In this document: in pieces, positions 18,024-27,689 of the stretch
Numbering within the stretch: position 1 is the stretch's first letter
Layout of the letters: the number at the start of each line of letters is the position of its first letter
Source of the DNA: a bacterium
GTDB taxonomy: Bacteria > UBP18 > UBA7526
Assembly: GCA_030615855.1 (NCBI GenBank)
Contig: JAUWYL010000002.1
Location: 1,526 to 65,525 of the forward strand
Direction of reading: 5' to 3'
DNA: 64,000 nt
Made by a program: the position numbers and the translations under genes
Notes under the pieces: model-generated
What the model saw: only the letters and a program-made list of their open reading frames with translations
The model's database searches: none
What the model was told of the DNA's origin: nothing

Positions 18024-20000
18024 CTATTCTTTCTTCTCTTCTTTCTTTTCCTCTTCCTCTTTGTACTCCGCCTCTACCACATCTTCCCTCTTCTTCTCCT
18101 TGGGTTTCTCTTCTTTGGGTTTTTCTTCTCCCGCTTTAGCGGGGGGCCGCTCTGGCGGTGGCTTCGTCTTCTTTGCTTGTTCAGCGGCTTTCTTCTGTGC
18201 TTCTTTGTAGACCTCCTCTGCCAATTTATGGGAGGCCTTTCCCAGCTCTTCAGAGGCTTTCTTAATTTTTTCTGTATCCTTTCCTTTCAGGGCCTCTTTA
18301 AGGCTATTCAAAGCATCCTCAATCTTCTTTTTTTCAGAAGCGCTTACTTTGTCCCCATAGTCCTTTAAGGACTTCTCTACTGAATAGACTAAGGTGTCTG
18401 CCTGATTCCTTACCTCTGCCTCTTCCTTCCTCTTCTTATCCTCAGCCTCTTTTGACTCGGCTTCCTTGACCGCCTTCTCAATCTCTTCCTCCGTCATCTT
18501 CTGAGAGGTGATCTTTATGGACTGCTCCTTTCCCGTTCCTAAGTCCTTGGCAGAGACATGGACGATGCCATTAGCATCAATGTCAAAGGTAACCTCAATC
18601 TGGGGAATGCCTCTGGGTGCTGGAGGAATGCCCACCAGATCAAACTTCCCTAAGGATTTATTATCTATGGCCATCTGCCTCTCTCCCTGGAGGACATTGA
18701 TAGTTACCGCTGGCTGATTATCTGCTGCGGTAGAGAAGATCTGGGACTTCTTGGTGGGAATGGTGGTATTCCTGGAGATGAGGGGAGTTCTGATTTCTCC
18801 TAAAGTCTCAATGCCCAAGGTAAGAGGGGTGACATCCAAGAGTAATACATCCTTCACTTCTCCAGTCAATACCCCGGCCTGAATGGCGGCTCCCTCTGCT
18901 ACAACCTCATCCGGATTGACTCCCTTATGGGGCTCTCTACTAAACACCTTCTTGACCGTCTCTATTACCAGAGGCATCCTGGTCTGACCACCAACTAAGA
19001 TTACCTCATCAATATCAGAGGGAGATAGTTTGGCATCTGCCAGGGCCTGTTCACAGGGTCCGATAGTCTTCTCAACGATATCTGAGGTCAGTTGCTCCAG
19101 CTTGGCCCGGGAGAGTTTTTTAACCAAATGTTTAGGCCCGGTCTGATCTGCAGTGATGAAGGGAAGGTTAATCTCTGTCTCCAAGGTAGTAGATAACTCG
19201 CATTTCGCCTTCTCCGCGGCCTCCTTCAATCTCTGTAAGGCCATTCTATCCTGTTTTAAATCAATCCCCTGCTCTTTTTTGAACTCCTCACAGAGCCAGT
19301 CAATTACTTCCTGATCAAGATCATCTCCTCCTAAGTGAGTATTCCCATTGGTAGATTTTACCTGTAAGACACCCTCGCCCATATTCTCTAAAATAGAGAT
19401 ATCAAAGGTTCCCCCTCCCAGATCGAAGACCGCAATCTTCTGCTCTTTCTTCTTATCCAATCCATAGGCTAAAGAAGCGGCGGTGGGTTCATTGACAATC
19501 CTCAAGACCTCTAAGCCAGCGATCTTACCAGCATCCTTTGTTGCCTGCCTTTGATCATCTCGGAAATAGGCAGGAACCGTGACCACTGCTTGGGTAACTT
19601 TCTCTCCTAAATATCTCTCTGCCTCAGCCTTCATCTTGGCCAGAATCATACCCGATATCTCGGGAGGAGAATAGACTTTGTCCCTGACTTTTATCCTTAC
19701 ATCGTTATGAGGACCTTCTACCAATTCAAAGGGTAGTATCTTCTTATCTCTATCTACTTCCCCCTCATGGAAGCGACGACCCATCAATCTCTTAATAGAG
19801 AAGACCGTATTCTCTGGATTGGTGACGGCCTGCCTCTTGGCAGGAAGACCCACTAGCTTCTCTCCTGTCTTAGTAAAGGCGACCACAGAAGGAACAGTCC
19901 GCGGGCCTTCAGAAGAAGCGATGACTGTGGGCTTTCCTCCTTCCATAATAGAGACTACAGAGTTTGTGGTTCCTAAATCAATCCCAATTACTTTAGCCAT
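18024..20000 (-). CDS. dnaK: Chaperone DnaK
   Basis: [37 protein letters not shown] motifs. Confidence 0.99.
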   Translation of the reverse strand: MAKVIGIDLGTTNSVVSIMEGGKPTVIASSEGPRTVPSVVAFTKTGEKLVGLPAKRQAVTNPENTVFSIKRLMGRRFHEGEVDRDKKILPFELVEGPHNDVRIKVRDKVYSPPEISGMILAKMKAEAERYLGEKVTQAVVTVPAYFRDDQRQATKDAGKIAGLEVLRIVNEPTAASLAYGLDKKKEQKIAVFDLGGGTFDISILENMGEGVLQVKSTNGNTHLGGDDLDQEVIDWLCEEFKKEQGIDLKQDRMALQRLKEAAEKAKCELSTTLETEINLPFITADQTGPKHLVKKLSRAKLEQLTSDIVEKTIGPCEQALADAKLSPSDIDEVILVGGQTRMPLVIETVKKVFSREPHKGVNPDEVVAEGAAIQAGVLTGEVKDVLLLDVTPLTLGIETLGEIRTPLISRNTTIPTKKSQIFSTAADNQPAVTINVLQGERQMAIDNKSLGKFDLVGIPPAPRGIPQIEVTFDIDANGIVHVSAKDLGTGKEQSIKITSQKMTEEEIEKAVKEAESKEAEDKKRKEEAEVRNQADTLVYSVEKSLKDYGDKVSASEKKKIEDALNSLKEALKGKDTEKIKKASEELGKASHKLAEEVYKEAQKKAAEQAKKTKPPPERPPAKAGEEKPKEEKPKEKKREDVVEAEYKEEEEKKEEKKE

Positions 20001-20105
20001 TCTTTACCTCCTTCGCTTCGCTTACTCGGTAGTTAACCGTTTACCCGCTCGGCTTTTAGCCTCGCTGTTTACCGTACACCGTAAACCGTTAACCGTAAAC
20101 TATGC
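20001..20105. repeat. GTTTAC/GTAAAC heptamer cassette
   Basis: gttaaccgtttacc-[hairpin]-gtttaccgtacaccgtaaaccgttaaccgtaaac; CTTCGCTTCGC motif merged with the dnaK RBS. Confidence 0.8.
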
Positions 20106-20645
20106 CTATTTTTTAGTGAACTTCTTGGCTACCTTCACTTGGGCGGGTCTAATTACTTTGCCGCCCAGGATATATCCTTTGCGCAGCTCCTCAATGATAA
20201 GTCCTTCAGGATGTTTATCGGTCTCCTCATGCATTATTGCCTCATGGATATGGGGATCAAACTTCTTTCCTTTGGTCTCAATAACTTGTAAACCTTCCTT
20301 CTTCAGAATATTGTGGAACTGCCTCTCCACCAGTTCTATTCCTTCTATTATCTTCTTGGGCTCTGCGGTATTCTTCACATGATGGAGGGCCATCCCGAAA
20401 TTATCCAGGATAGGCAGAAGTTCGTAGATCAAATCCTCTTTTGAAAATTTGACAAAGTCTTCCCTTTCTTTCTCCCCTCTCTTCCTATAGTTCTCAAAGT
20501 CTGCCGCTAGCCTCTGGAGATGCCTTTTATATTCAGCGGCCAATCTGCGTTCTCTCTCCAATTCGTGCTGAATCTGATCCAATTCGCTCTTGAGCTTTAG
20601 CCACTTTCTTCTTGGCTTCTTCTTCCCTTTTCGCTTATCTGACAT
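20106..20645 (-). CDS. grpE: Nucleotide exchange factor GrpE
   Basis: [43 protein letters not shown]. Confidence 0.96.
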   Translation of the reverse strand: MSDKRKGKKKPRRKWLKLKSELDQIQHELERERRLAAEYKRHLQRLAADFENYRKRGEKEREDFVKFSKEDLIYELLPILDNFGMALHHVKNTAEPKKIIEGIELVERQFHNILKKEGLQVIETKGKKFDPHIHEAIMHEETDKHPEGLIIEELRKGYILGGKVIRPAQVKVAKKFTKK

Positions 20646-20691
20646 CTCTTCCTACCTTGCTTCGCTCCTTCTCTTCTACTCTCCTATTCTA

Positions 20692-21720
20692 CTAAACCTT
20701 CGTGGTATGACTTAAATTTGTTAGAACCTTGCTTACCATCTTGGCCATGAAATCGACGAGAGAAACGACCTTGGAATATTCCATCCTTCTGGGGCCAATT
20801 ATTCCCAGGACCCCTACCGGTCTACCATTTATTCTGTAGGTAGAGGTTACTAGGCTTAAGTCTCTAATCTTTCTACATCTGGTCTCTTTTCCGATTAAGA
20901 CCCTTACTCCCTCGCTGGAGGCAGTTTTACTCAAGACCTCGGCCAATAATCTCTTCTCCTCTAAGGCCTGGAAAATGGACTTTGACCGGGCTAAGTCTTT
21001 AAACTCTGGATGCTCAAGGATATTAATTCTTCCCCCAAGATAGAGTTCCTCTACCCCATCCCAGGTGAAGATCTGATTCATCAATTCCCAAATCTTTCTC
21101 GCTGAGGTCTCAATTTTCAATTGGTCAGAGATGAATTCTTTAATTCTTTTTAAAGGCAGGTTAGAGAGTCGATCATTAATGAGATTCAGAATCTCTCCCA
21201 GTCTTTCCTTGGGAAGAATTTTTTCTGTTTCTATTATCTTATTTTTTACCAATCCCGAGCCAGTGATCAGGATACTCAAGATTCTTCCATTTTCCAGGGA
21301 GACGAGTTCTAGATGATGGAAGATAGACTTCTCTAAGTTGGGGGCCAGGACGAGGCCGGTATAATGGGAAAGGAGGGAGAGAACCTGGGAGGTCTCCTCC
21401 ATTATCTGATCGATCCTATTTATTCTATGGGAGTATTCTTTCTTAATCCTTATCTTTTCTTCTAAGGAGAGGTCCGCTCTCTCCATTAAACTATTCACAT
21501 AGAAGCGGTATCCCTTATCTGTAGGGATTCTTCCTGCCGAGGTATGGGGATGGGTAAGATAGCCTGACTCTTCCAAATCCGCCATACAATTCCTTATGGT
21601 AGCTGGAGAGAGGTGGAGTCTGTATTTCTTGGCAACGGTTCTCGAGCCCACAGGTATAGCAGTGGTGATGTAGTTGTAAACTACGGCTCTCAATATCTTC
21701 TTTTTCCTCTCGTTAAGCAT
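20692..21720 (-). CDS. hrcA: Heat-inducible transcription repressor HrcA
   Basis: PVGSRTV, SPATIRNCMADLE, PHTSAGRIPTDKGYR, IIGPRRMEY; start set at ATG 21720 (the ORF-track GTG lies inside CIRCE). Confidence 0.96.
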   Translation of the reverse strand: MLNERKKKILRAVVYNYITTAIPVGSRTVAKKYRLHLSPATIRNCMADLEESGYLTHPHTSAGRIPTDKGYRFYVNSLMERADLSLEEKIRIKKEYSHRINRIDQIMEETSQVLSLLSHYTGLVLAPNLEKSIFHHLELVSLENGRILSILITGSGLVKNKIIETEKILPKERLGEILNLINDRLSNLPLKRIKEFISDQLKIETSARKIWELMNQIFTWDGVEELYLGGRINILEHPEFKDLARSKSIFQALEEKRLLAEVLSKTASSEGVRVLIGKETRCRKIRDLSLVTSTYRINGRPVGVLGIIGPRRMEYSKVVSLVDFMAKMVSKVLTNLSHTTKV

Positions 21721-21731
21721 TCCTAGCTCCC

Positions 21732-21758
21732 TTAGCACTCATTGAATGAAAGTGCTAA
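21732..21758 (-). promoter_or_regulatory. CIRCE operator
   Basis: TTAGCACTC-N9-AAGTGCTAA, one mismatch to TTAGCACTC-N9-GAGTGCTAA, between the promoter and hrcA. Confidence 0.95.
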
Positions 21759-21762
21759 CAAT

Positions 21763-21791
21763 AATTTAGCACAAAAAAAATTGCTTGTCAA
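21763..21791 (-). promoter_or_regulatory. Sigma70-type promoter of the hrcA-grpE-dnaK-dnaJ operon
   Basis: TTGACA (21791-21786), 17 bp, TG-n-TAAATT (21768-21763). Confidence 0.8.
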
Positions 21792-21796
21792 GTTTT

Positions 21797-21875
21797 GACA
21801 CGGATTTTTTTATTCTGCCTACTGCTTGGGTCTATGGAACGCGGATTATCACGGATAAATCCGTGCCTATCCGTG
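21797..21875. repeat. CACGGAT/ATCCGTG cassette with GCCTACTGCTTGGGT core
   Basis: acacggatt..gcctactgcttgggtc..cgcggatt..cacggat opposed by atccgtg x2. Confidence 0.75.
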
Positions 21876-23651
21876 TCACTCTACTTTTAGGATGCTTAAG
21901 AAGGCTTCCTGGGGAAGAGAGACCTTTCCAATTCTCTTCATTCTCTTCTTACCCCTCTTCTGCTTCTCCAAAAGCTTCTTCTTCCGGGTGATATCTCCTC
22001 CGTATAAGGGAGCGGTGACATCCTTTCTCAAAGCTTTTACTGTCTCCCGGGCGATGGTTTTCTTCCCTATCGCCCCCTGTATGGCAACCGGAAAGAGGTG
22101 CTGAGGAATGACCTCCTTTAATCTTGCTACCAACTCTCTTGCCCTATGATAGGCCTTTTCCTTATGGGTAATGAAGGATAATCCTTCCACCTTCTCATTA
22201 TTTAAGAGGACATCGACCTTTACCGAATCCGTCTTTCGATAACTGATATGCTCATAGTCAAAGGAGGCATAACCTCGGGAGACAGACTTTAACCTATCGT
22301 AGAAGTCGAGTATCACCTCAGATAGGGGGAGTTCATAGGTCAAAGAGGCGGTATTTTGGTCCAGATACTTAGTATCTTTATATACTCCTCTTCTTCCCTG
22401 AACTAACTGCATAATGGGTCCTAAGTATTCGGCGGGAGTAATGATGATCGCCTTAATATGGGGCTCCTGAATCTCTTTAATCTCATTGGGGGAGGGAAGT
22501 TTAGAAGGGTTCTCTACCCTTTTGGTCTCGCCTTCTCTGGTGATCACCCTATAGACTACGCTGGGTGCCGTAGTTATCAGATCCAGGTCATACTCCCTCT
22601 CCAATCTCTCCTGGACGATCTCCATATGTAAGAGGCCTAAGAATCCGCATCTGAAACCAGGGCCCAAGGCTGGGGAGCTTTCCTCTATATAACTAAAGGA
22701 AGCGTCATTCAGTTTCAGTTTCTCCAGAGCCTCCTTCAGTGATCCAAAATCCTCGCTTCTTACAGGATAGAGGCTGGCGAAGACAAAGGGCTTCACCTCC
22801 TTATATCCGGGAAAGGACTTCTGGGCAGGATTTAAAGTGCTGGTAATAGTATCCCCCACCTTGGCATCTTGAAGGTTCTTTATATTCGCCATTAGGTAGC
22901 CCACTCCACCTGTGGAAAGCCCGTCTACCTTTCTCATCTCTGGAGAAAAGATCCCCACTTCATTCACTTCAAAATCCCTTCCGGTTCCCATAAGCCTAAT
23001 CCTATCTCTTGGTTTAATGGAGCCCTGAATGACCCGGATATAGACCACTACCCCCTGATAGGGATTATAGATAGAGTCGAAGATCAAGGCCTGAAGGGGC
23101 TTATTGGTCTCCCCTTTTGGTGGAGGGATCCTCTCAACTATTGCTTCCAGGACATCCTCTGTTCCCATTCCCTTCTTTGCACTGGTAAAGATGGGGTCCT
23201 TTAATCCCAGGACATCTTTTATCTGTTTCTCTGTCTCCTCTGGCCGGGCATTGGGAAGGTCTATCTTATTTATAATGGGGATGATGGCGAGGTTGGCTTC
23301 CCTTGCTAAGTAGGCATTGGCTAAGGTCTGGGCCTGAACCCCCTGGCTGGCATCGATGATCAATAAAACTCCTTCACAGGCAGCAAGAGACCTTGAGACC
23401 TCATAGGAGAAGTCCACATGGCCCGGGGTATCTATGAGATTTAAGATATAGTCCTTGTACTTCAGTCTCACTGCTTTGGCCTTTATGGTAATCCCTCTCT
23501 CCCTTTCAAGTTCCATCTCATCCAATACCTGCTCCCTCATCTTTCTGGGAGGAAGGGTCTTGGTATATTCTAACAGTCTATCCGCCAAGGTGCTCTTCCC
23601 ATGGTCGATATGAGCAATAATGGAAAAATTCCTAATGCGTTCTGTGGACAT
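21876..23651 (-). CDS. lepA: Elongation factor 4 (LepA)
   Basis: [46 protein letters not shown]. Confidence 0.98.
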   Translation of the reverse strand: MSTERIRNFSIIAHIDHGKSTLADRLLEYTKTLPPRKMREQVLDEMELERERGITIKAKAVRLKYKDYILNLIDTPGHVDFSYEVSRSLAACEGVLLIIDASQGVQAQTLANAYLAREANLAIIPIINKIDLPNARPEETEKQIKDVLGLKDPIFTSAKKGMGTEDVLEAIVERIPPPKGETNKPLQALIFDSIYNPYQGVVVYIRVIQGSIKPRDRIRLMGTGRDFEVNEVGIFSPEMRKVDGLSTGGVGYLMANIKNLQDAKVGDTITSTLNPAQKSFPGYKEVKPFVFASLYPVRSEDFGSLKEALEKLKLNDASFSYIEESSPALGPGFRCGFLGLLHMEIVQERLEREYDLDLITTAPSVVYRVITREGETKRVENPSKLPSPNEIKEIQEPHIKAIIITPAEYLGPIMQLVQGRRGVYKDTKYLDQNTASLTYELPLSEVILDFYDRLKSVSRGYASFDYEHISYRKTDSVKVDVLLNNEKVEGLSFITHKEKAYHRARELVARLKEVIPQHLFPVAIQGAIGKKTIARETVKALRKDVTAPLYGGDITRKKKLLEKQKRGKKRMKRIGKVSLPQEAFLSILKVE

Positions 23652-23663
23652 CTTTTACTCCAA

Positions 23664-23840
23664 TAGTTTACTGTTGAGCGGTGCGTTTCACTTGCCCCGC
23701 TGGTGAATAATTATTATTCAATTTGCCCGCCCTTCGGACTGTTTACCGTTTACAGTAAAAAAACCGCCTTTCGTTTTCACTCAAGACTGGGTGATCCTGA
23801 ATGAAATGAAGGACCGTAAACCGTACACCGTCAACCGTAA
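23664..23840. repeat. GTTTAC/GTAAAC heptamer cassette with inserted segments
   Basis: gtttac..cccttcggactgtttaccgtttacagt...accgtaaaccgtacaccgtcaaccgtaaacc. Confidence 0.75.
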
Positions 23841-23853
23841 ACCCCTTCTCTTA

Positions 23854-25074
23854 TTACTTGGTGAGAAGCGGTTCTATCCTCTGAGTGAAGATGGATTCCC
23901 AGGTATAGTTCCTCAATACCTTCTTGAACATAGGGATAGTGGGCTGTCTTTGATAATACTTAATTATCCCTGAGGCAAGTTCCTTAGGGCTCTTCTTTAA
24001 GTCAAGATAGTGAACATCTCTCTCCCCCACTTCTTTCAAGGGAGGAATATTAGCACAGGCCACAGGAAGGTTAACTAATCCAGATTCCAATAGGGGGATA
24101 CCAAAGCCTTCCTGAGCACTGGGGAATAATAACATATCACATGATAGATAGAGGCTTTTTAGCATAGAATATCCTACTTTTATTCCCTCCTCATAGAGAA
24201 AGATGACCTTCCTTTTCATCCGGGATCTATTTCTTAGGTCTTTTAGAGATCGATAATACCTCATAGAGTCGATGTTGTGGGGATCAGGAGGCCCGGTAAT
24301 AATTAAAGCGGTCTTGAGTTTTTTATTCAATTCCTTGGTAATCTTTATCGCCAGTTCCAGATTCTTTCTCTTCACCATCCTGGTGGGAAGAAGCATAACC
24401 AGATCTTGTTTAAAGAGATTAAACCTCTTGAAAATTTTCAGAACATCTTCATTTAAATCTAAGAAGCTTCTATGATCGACTCCATCAGGAACTACAGTTA
24501 TCTTTTTGGGATTAATCTTGAGGAGATGAGAGAGCTGCTTTTGGCGCTCTTTAGAGATAACAATATATCTTACTTCTGGAATGGGCTTGGAGATCATATT
24601 CCAGGGGTATTTATTCTTGGCCTTCTTCTTATAGACCGGGTCCTTGAAGGTGGCGTCGTGGCACCAAGCGATGAACCTCTTCTTCTTATGTTCCCTGATA
24701 TATTTCTCTAAGGCGGCGGTAAGGGGAAGGTTGAAGTGCATGGTCAGGACATTATGGATGATGACAAGATCGACATTTTTAAACTCACGAGTTAGTTTCC
24801 CGTAGATTCTCTCAGTTGCTCGATGGAATTTGGCACTCACTATATCCTTCTCAAGTTCCGCATTTATTCTCTTATTCATTTTTGAGAGCGAATCCGCCTC
24901 GGGAATAATGATTACCGGGATTTTCTTATGGAATCTCTCTCCCCTTCCGGCAACAACCTTCACCTTATAGCCATGCTTGAGCATCTCTCTGGCATGAGCC
25001 TCCAAGATGAACTCCACCCCTCCGATTACTGGAGGAGAGGAATAATGAACGATAGCAATTCTTGGTTTAGACAT
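23854..25074 (-). CDS. GT4-family glycosyltransferase, possibly mannosylglucosylglycerate-synthase-like
   Basis: IAIVHY..GGVE N-terminus, HNVLTM, HD, RKNLE, EGFGIPLLE; context of glucosylglycerate genes. Confidence 0.75.
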   Translation of the reverse strand: MSKPRIAIVHYSSPPVIGGVEFILEAHAREMLKHGYKVKVVAGRGERFHKKIPVIIIPEADSLSKMNKRINAELEKDIVSAKFHRATERIYGKLTREFKNVDLVIIHNVLTMHFNLPLTAALEKYIREHKKKRFIAWCHDATFKDPVYKKKAKNKYPWNMISKPIPEVRYIVISKERQKQLSHLLKINPKKITVVPDGVDHRSFLDLNEDVLKIFKRFNLFKQDLVMLLPTRMVKRKNLELAIKITKELNKKLKTALIITGPPDPHNIDSMRYYRSLKDLRNRSRMKRKVIFLYEEGIKVGYSMLKSLYLSCDMLLFPSAQEGFGIPLLESGLVNLPVACANIPPLKEVGERDVHYLDLKKSPKELASGIIKYYQRQPTIPMFKKVLRNYTWESIFTQRIEPLLTK

Positions 25075-25114
25075 GATAAACTCCTTTACCTATAGAGTAA
25101 AGCAAGAAGTATAA

Positions 25115-25185
25115 CGGTTACTACGCTTCGCTGTTACTAACGGTTACTACGTCCCGATAAGGTCGGGACTGTTACTAGCGGTTAC
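25115..25185. repeat. GGTTACTA array 3' of the four-helix-bundle gene
   Basis: ggttacta..gttactaacggttacta..gttactagcggttac with embedded CTACGCTTCGCTG and GTCCCGATAAGGTCGGGAC hairpin. Confidence 0.8.
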
Positions 25186-25574
25186 TTTTTGAAGCGGGTC
25201 TTCCATTTCCCTTCTTTGACTAGTTTGGATAATGAATCCAAATAATGATCAATTTGATACTTCGTTTTTCTAAATAAGTCCTTGAGAAGGTTATATTCCT
25301 CTTTGGTGATTAGTTAATCCTCAAAACAATCATCTACATCACCTTCGAGTTCATCTAAAGAGCCTCGACTAATCTTTATTGAATGAGCAAACTCTCCTAC
25401 AGTATCTTTCCTGTATCCTTCTCTGATGTTCTGTTTGGCACTTCTGGCTGCATCCCTCATCTGGCCCACTAACCTCATATGGCTCTTAGGAAATCTTTCT
25501 GTTATGCGGTAGATTAACCGGCGAATCTTACAGATATTCTGATAAAACCTCAGTTTCTCATAGGCTGCTACCAT
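25182..25574 (-). pseudogene. Four-helix-bundle protein (23S rRNA IVS-protein-like family) with an internal TAA
   Basis: YEKLRFYQ..IYRITERFPK..LVGQMRDAARSAKQNIREG..EFAHSIKISRGSLDE; the frame continues after TAA (25314-25316) as LITKEEYNLLKDLFRKTKYQIDHYLDSLSKLVKEGKWKTRFKK*. Confidence 0.82.
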
Positions 25575-25584
25575 TTATTTCCTC

Positions 25585-25650
25585 GTAACCGTTAGTAACC
25601 GTTTAGTAACCCTGCCTGCCGGCAGGCAGGCTTAGTAACCTCTAGTAACC
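25585..25650. repeat. TAGTAACC array 5' of the four-helix-bundle gene
   Basis: GTAACC x5 (four as TAGTAACC), the exact inverse of the downstream array, with perfect palindrome CCTGCCTGCCGGCAGGCAGG (25611-25630). Confidence 0.8.
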
Positions 25651-26213
25651 TATCTTAGGGGTATTTCCATTTCTTCCCAGCTTGCCTCCCTGGGCAGTAG
25701 TTTCCAGACGTTAGAGAGATTTATTCCTAACAGATAACATTTTATTACCGTATTTATTACCTTATGTCCCACGACGATTACCCTCCCTTTGGGATATTTC
25801 TTGGTAATTTCTCTTAAAACGTGAAGTGCTCTTTCGTAAAGGTCCAGGATGCTCTCCCCTCCAGGGGGCCTGACGCTTAAGGGTTCCTCTTCCCATCTTC
25901 GGTAAAGATTCTTATACTTCCTTCTGGCCTCTTTTACCAGAAGCCCTTGCCACTTTCCCTGGTTAAGCTCATTGAGATTAATATCCTTCTTTACTTTCAA
26001 TCTGTGCGCTCGGGCAATGATTCTCGCTGTCTCGTATGAACGGGAGAGTTCACTGGAGTAGATGGCGTCTATCTTCTTTCTTTTCAATTCTTTTGCTATT
26101 CTTTTTGCCTGTCTTAGCCCCTGCTCATTCAATTTTATATCCAGCCAGCCTTGAATCTTATTTATTGGAGTCCAGGCCGTCTGGCCATGGCGTACCAGAA
26201 TAACTTTAGTCAT
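25650..26213 (-). CDS. Histidine phosphatase (PGM superfamily), candidate glucosyl-3-phosphoglycerate phosphatase
   Basis: LVRHGQT, SSELSRSYETA, LNELNQGKWQG, PGGES, VVGH; adjacent to gpgS. Confidence 0.85.
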   Translation of the reverse strand: MTKVILVRHGQTAWTPINKIQGWLDIKLNEQGLRQAKRIAKELKRKKIDAIYSSELSRSYETARIIARAHRLKVKKDINLNELNQGKWQGLLVKEARRKYKNLYRRWEEEPLSVRPPGGESILDLYERALHVLREITKKYPKGRVIVVGHKVINTVIKCYLLGINLSNVWKLLPREASWEEMEIPLR

Positions 26214-26403
26214 CTTATTTTCCTTTCCCTCTTATTACGTCCTACCTAAAGATTAGCCTACAAAGTAACAAGGTTCCTCCGATGGAATCGGAGGGCTACC
26301 TTATTCTACCAACAAATTCAACAAAAATCAAAAGAGGTTTCTGAAAAAAGTTTCAGAGCCCTCTTGGAGATTTCTGACTTTTTCAGAAATCTCCAAAAAA
26401 GGC

Positions 26404-26433
26404 TTGACAAATGGAGATTTAGTGTGCTATTAT
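26404..26433 (+). promoter_or_regulatory. Sigma70-type promoter for the small basic protein gene
   Basis: TTGACA (26404-26409), 18 bp, extended -10 TG-C-TATTAT (26428-26433), then AGGAGAGGAGG RBS. Confidence 0.7.
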
Positions 26434-26463
26434 TAAACTAAATTTAAGGAGAGGAGGGAAAAA

Positions 26464-26574
26464 GTGGCGAAAAGAAAGAAGAGGGCGAAGAGGAAAAAGA
26501 AGGTTGTGAAAAGAAAGAAGGTTGTGAGGAGAAAGAAGAAAAAGGCAAGGAAGAGAAAGAAGAAAAAAAGATAA
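26464..26574 (+). CDS. 36-aa Lys/Arg-rich histone/protamine-like protein
   Basis: GTG start after a strong RBS: MAKRKKRAKRKKKVVKRKKVVRRKKKKARKRKKKR*; has its own promoter and a downstream hairpin; below the ORF-track cutoff. Confidence 0.75.
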   Translation: MAKRKKRAKRKKKVVKRKKVVRRKKKKARKRKKKKR

Positions 26575-26590
26575 TCAAGACTTAGATAGA

Positions 26591-26665
26591 GAAAGCCCCG
26601 CACTTTTTTAATATTCATTTCTTTAGGTTGCTACTTTGAATAGATAAAAGGTGCGGGGTTCTTTT
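26591..26665. terminator. Hairpin between convergent genes; arms match the GIY-YIG element ends
   Basis: CCCCGCACTTTTT (26596-26608) ... AAAAGGTGCGGGG (26646-26658), A-rich on the left and T-rich on the right; could act as a bidirectional terminator. Confidence 0.6.
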
Positions 26666-26668
26666 TTA

Positions 26669-27658
26669 TTAGGATCTCTTTTGCTTCTTCCTTTTCTCCC
26701 GATAGGCTTTCACAGTAATCATAGGGGGGCGCTCCACGATCTTTTTCTCAAAGGTCTCAAAAGAATACCTTTTCCCCTTCCTTTTAATAAGCCTCATGCT
26801 GGGATTTAATTCTTCTAACATCTTTAGTTTCCACAGATCCCCAGCACGGTTCAGAGCCACCTGCAGGATGGAGAAGGCCATCTTAGACAGGGTAGGGAGG
26901 GTATGATTCCTGTGGATGCGCTGATCCAGATCTACCTGGGCAATGGAGTTTAAGCCAAACTTCTTATAGATGTCAATTAATAGTCCCGTCTCTACTCCGT
27001 AACCGATGAAGAAGGGAACTTTTTCTAATATTTCTCTCCTCCCGGCATACTCCCCGCTCAAGGGTTGGATGAATCCCGAGAGATCAGGAAAGAAAAGATT
27101 AAAGACAGGACGAAGCATGAGCGCTGTTACTCTCCCTCCTCCAGAAGGCCTTAGTGTCTTCTCTGTCTCTAACTTTATTGGCCTCTCATAGAAAGCCTTT
27201 ACATAGCCTATCCTGCTATTGGTTAGAAGTGGACCGAGTAATCCATAGACGAACTTGGGATGGATGTTCTTGATATCGGCATCGAGCCACAAGATGATAT
27301 CTCCTTTTAGGAGATAGAGGCTCTTCCAAAGATTCTCTCCTTTGCCAGAATAGATTCCTTCCTCTTTTAAATAATCGTCTGTCAAATAGACATCTGCTCC
27401 ATACTTTGCTGCAATCTCTCTGGTCTTATCCGTTGAGCCAGAATCCACGATGGCTAATTCATCTATTAAGTGGTGCTTATCCATGAGTTCACTCTTGATC
27501 ACGATGAGCTCGGTGGCAATGGTCTCTGCCTCATTCAGGGTGGGAAGGCCTACGCTTATGGTTAGGTTCTTCTTCTTCTTTAACCTCACCAGTTCCTTAA
27601 TATCCGAGAACTGGGAGTGATGGAAGGTTCTATTTTTAAACCATTTTTCTACTTTCAT
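26669..27658 (-). CDS. gpgS: Glucosyl-3-phosphoglycerate synthase
   Basis: LPTLNEAETI, DSGSTD, GKGENLWKSL, DADI, GGGRVT, QPLSGEYAGRR, YGVETGLLID motifs of GT81 GpgS. Confidence 0.88.
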   Translation of the reverse strand: MKVEKWFKNRTFHHSQFSDIKELVRLKKKKNLTISVGLPTLNEAETIATELIVIKSELMDKHHLIDELAIVDSGSTDKTREIAAKYGADVYLTDDYLKEEGIYSGKGENLWKSLYLLKGDIILWLDADIKNIHPKFVYGLLGPLLTNSRIGYVKAFYERPIKLETEKTLRPSGGGRVTALMLRPVFNLFFPDLSGFIQPLSGEYAGRREILEKVPFFIGYGVETGLLIDIYKKFGLNSIAQVDLDQRIHRNHTLPTLSKMAFSILQVALNRAGDLWKLKMLEELNPSMRLIKRKGKRYSFETFEKKIVERPPMITVKAYREKRKKQKRS

Positions 27659-27689
27659 AAATACACCTTACTATATTCAACCAAATAGA

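Noticed and set aside
25314-25316. Stop-codon reassignment or programmed readthrough
   Set aside because: TAA, TAG and TGA all terminate conserved genes normally in this window; a single nonsense mutation is simpler.
25182-25574. Four-helix-bundle gene as Avd of a diversity-generating retroelement
   Set aside because: No reverse transcriptase and no TR/VR pair with adenine-specific differences are visible in the window.
26433-26618. 61-aa Phe/Leu-rich minus-strand ORF
   Set aside because: Antisense shadow of the Lys/Arg-rich plus-strand gene, which has the promoter and RBS.
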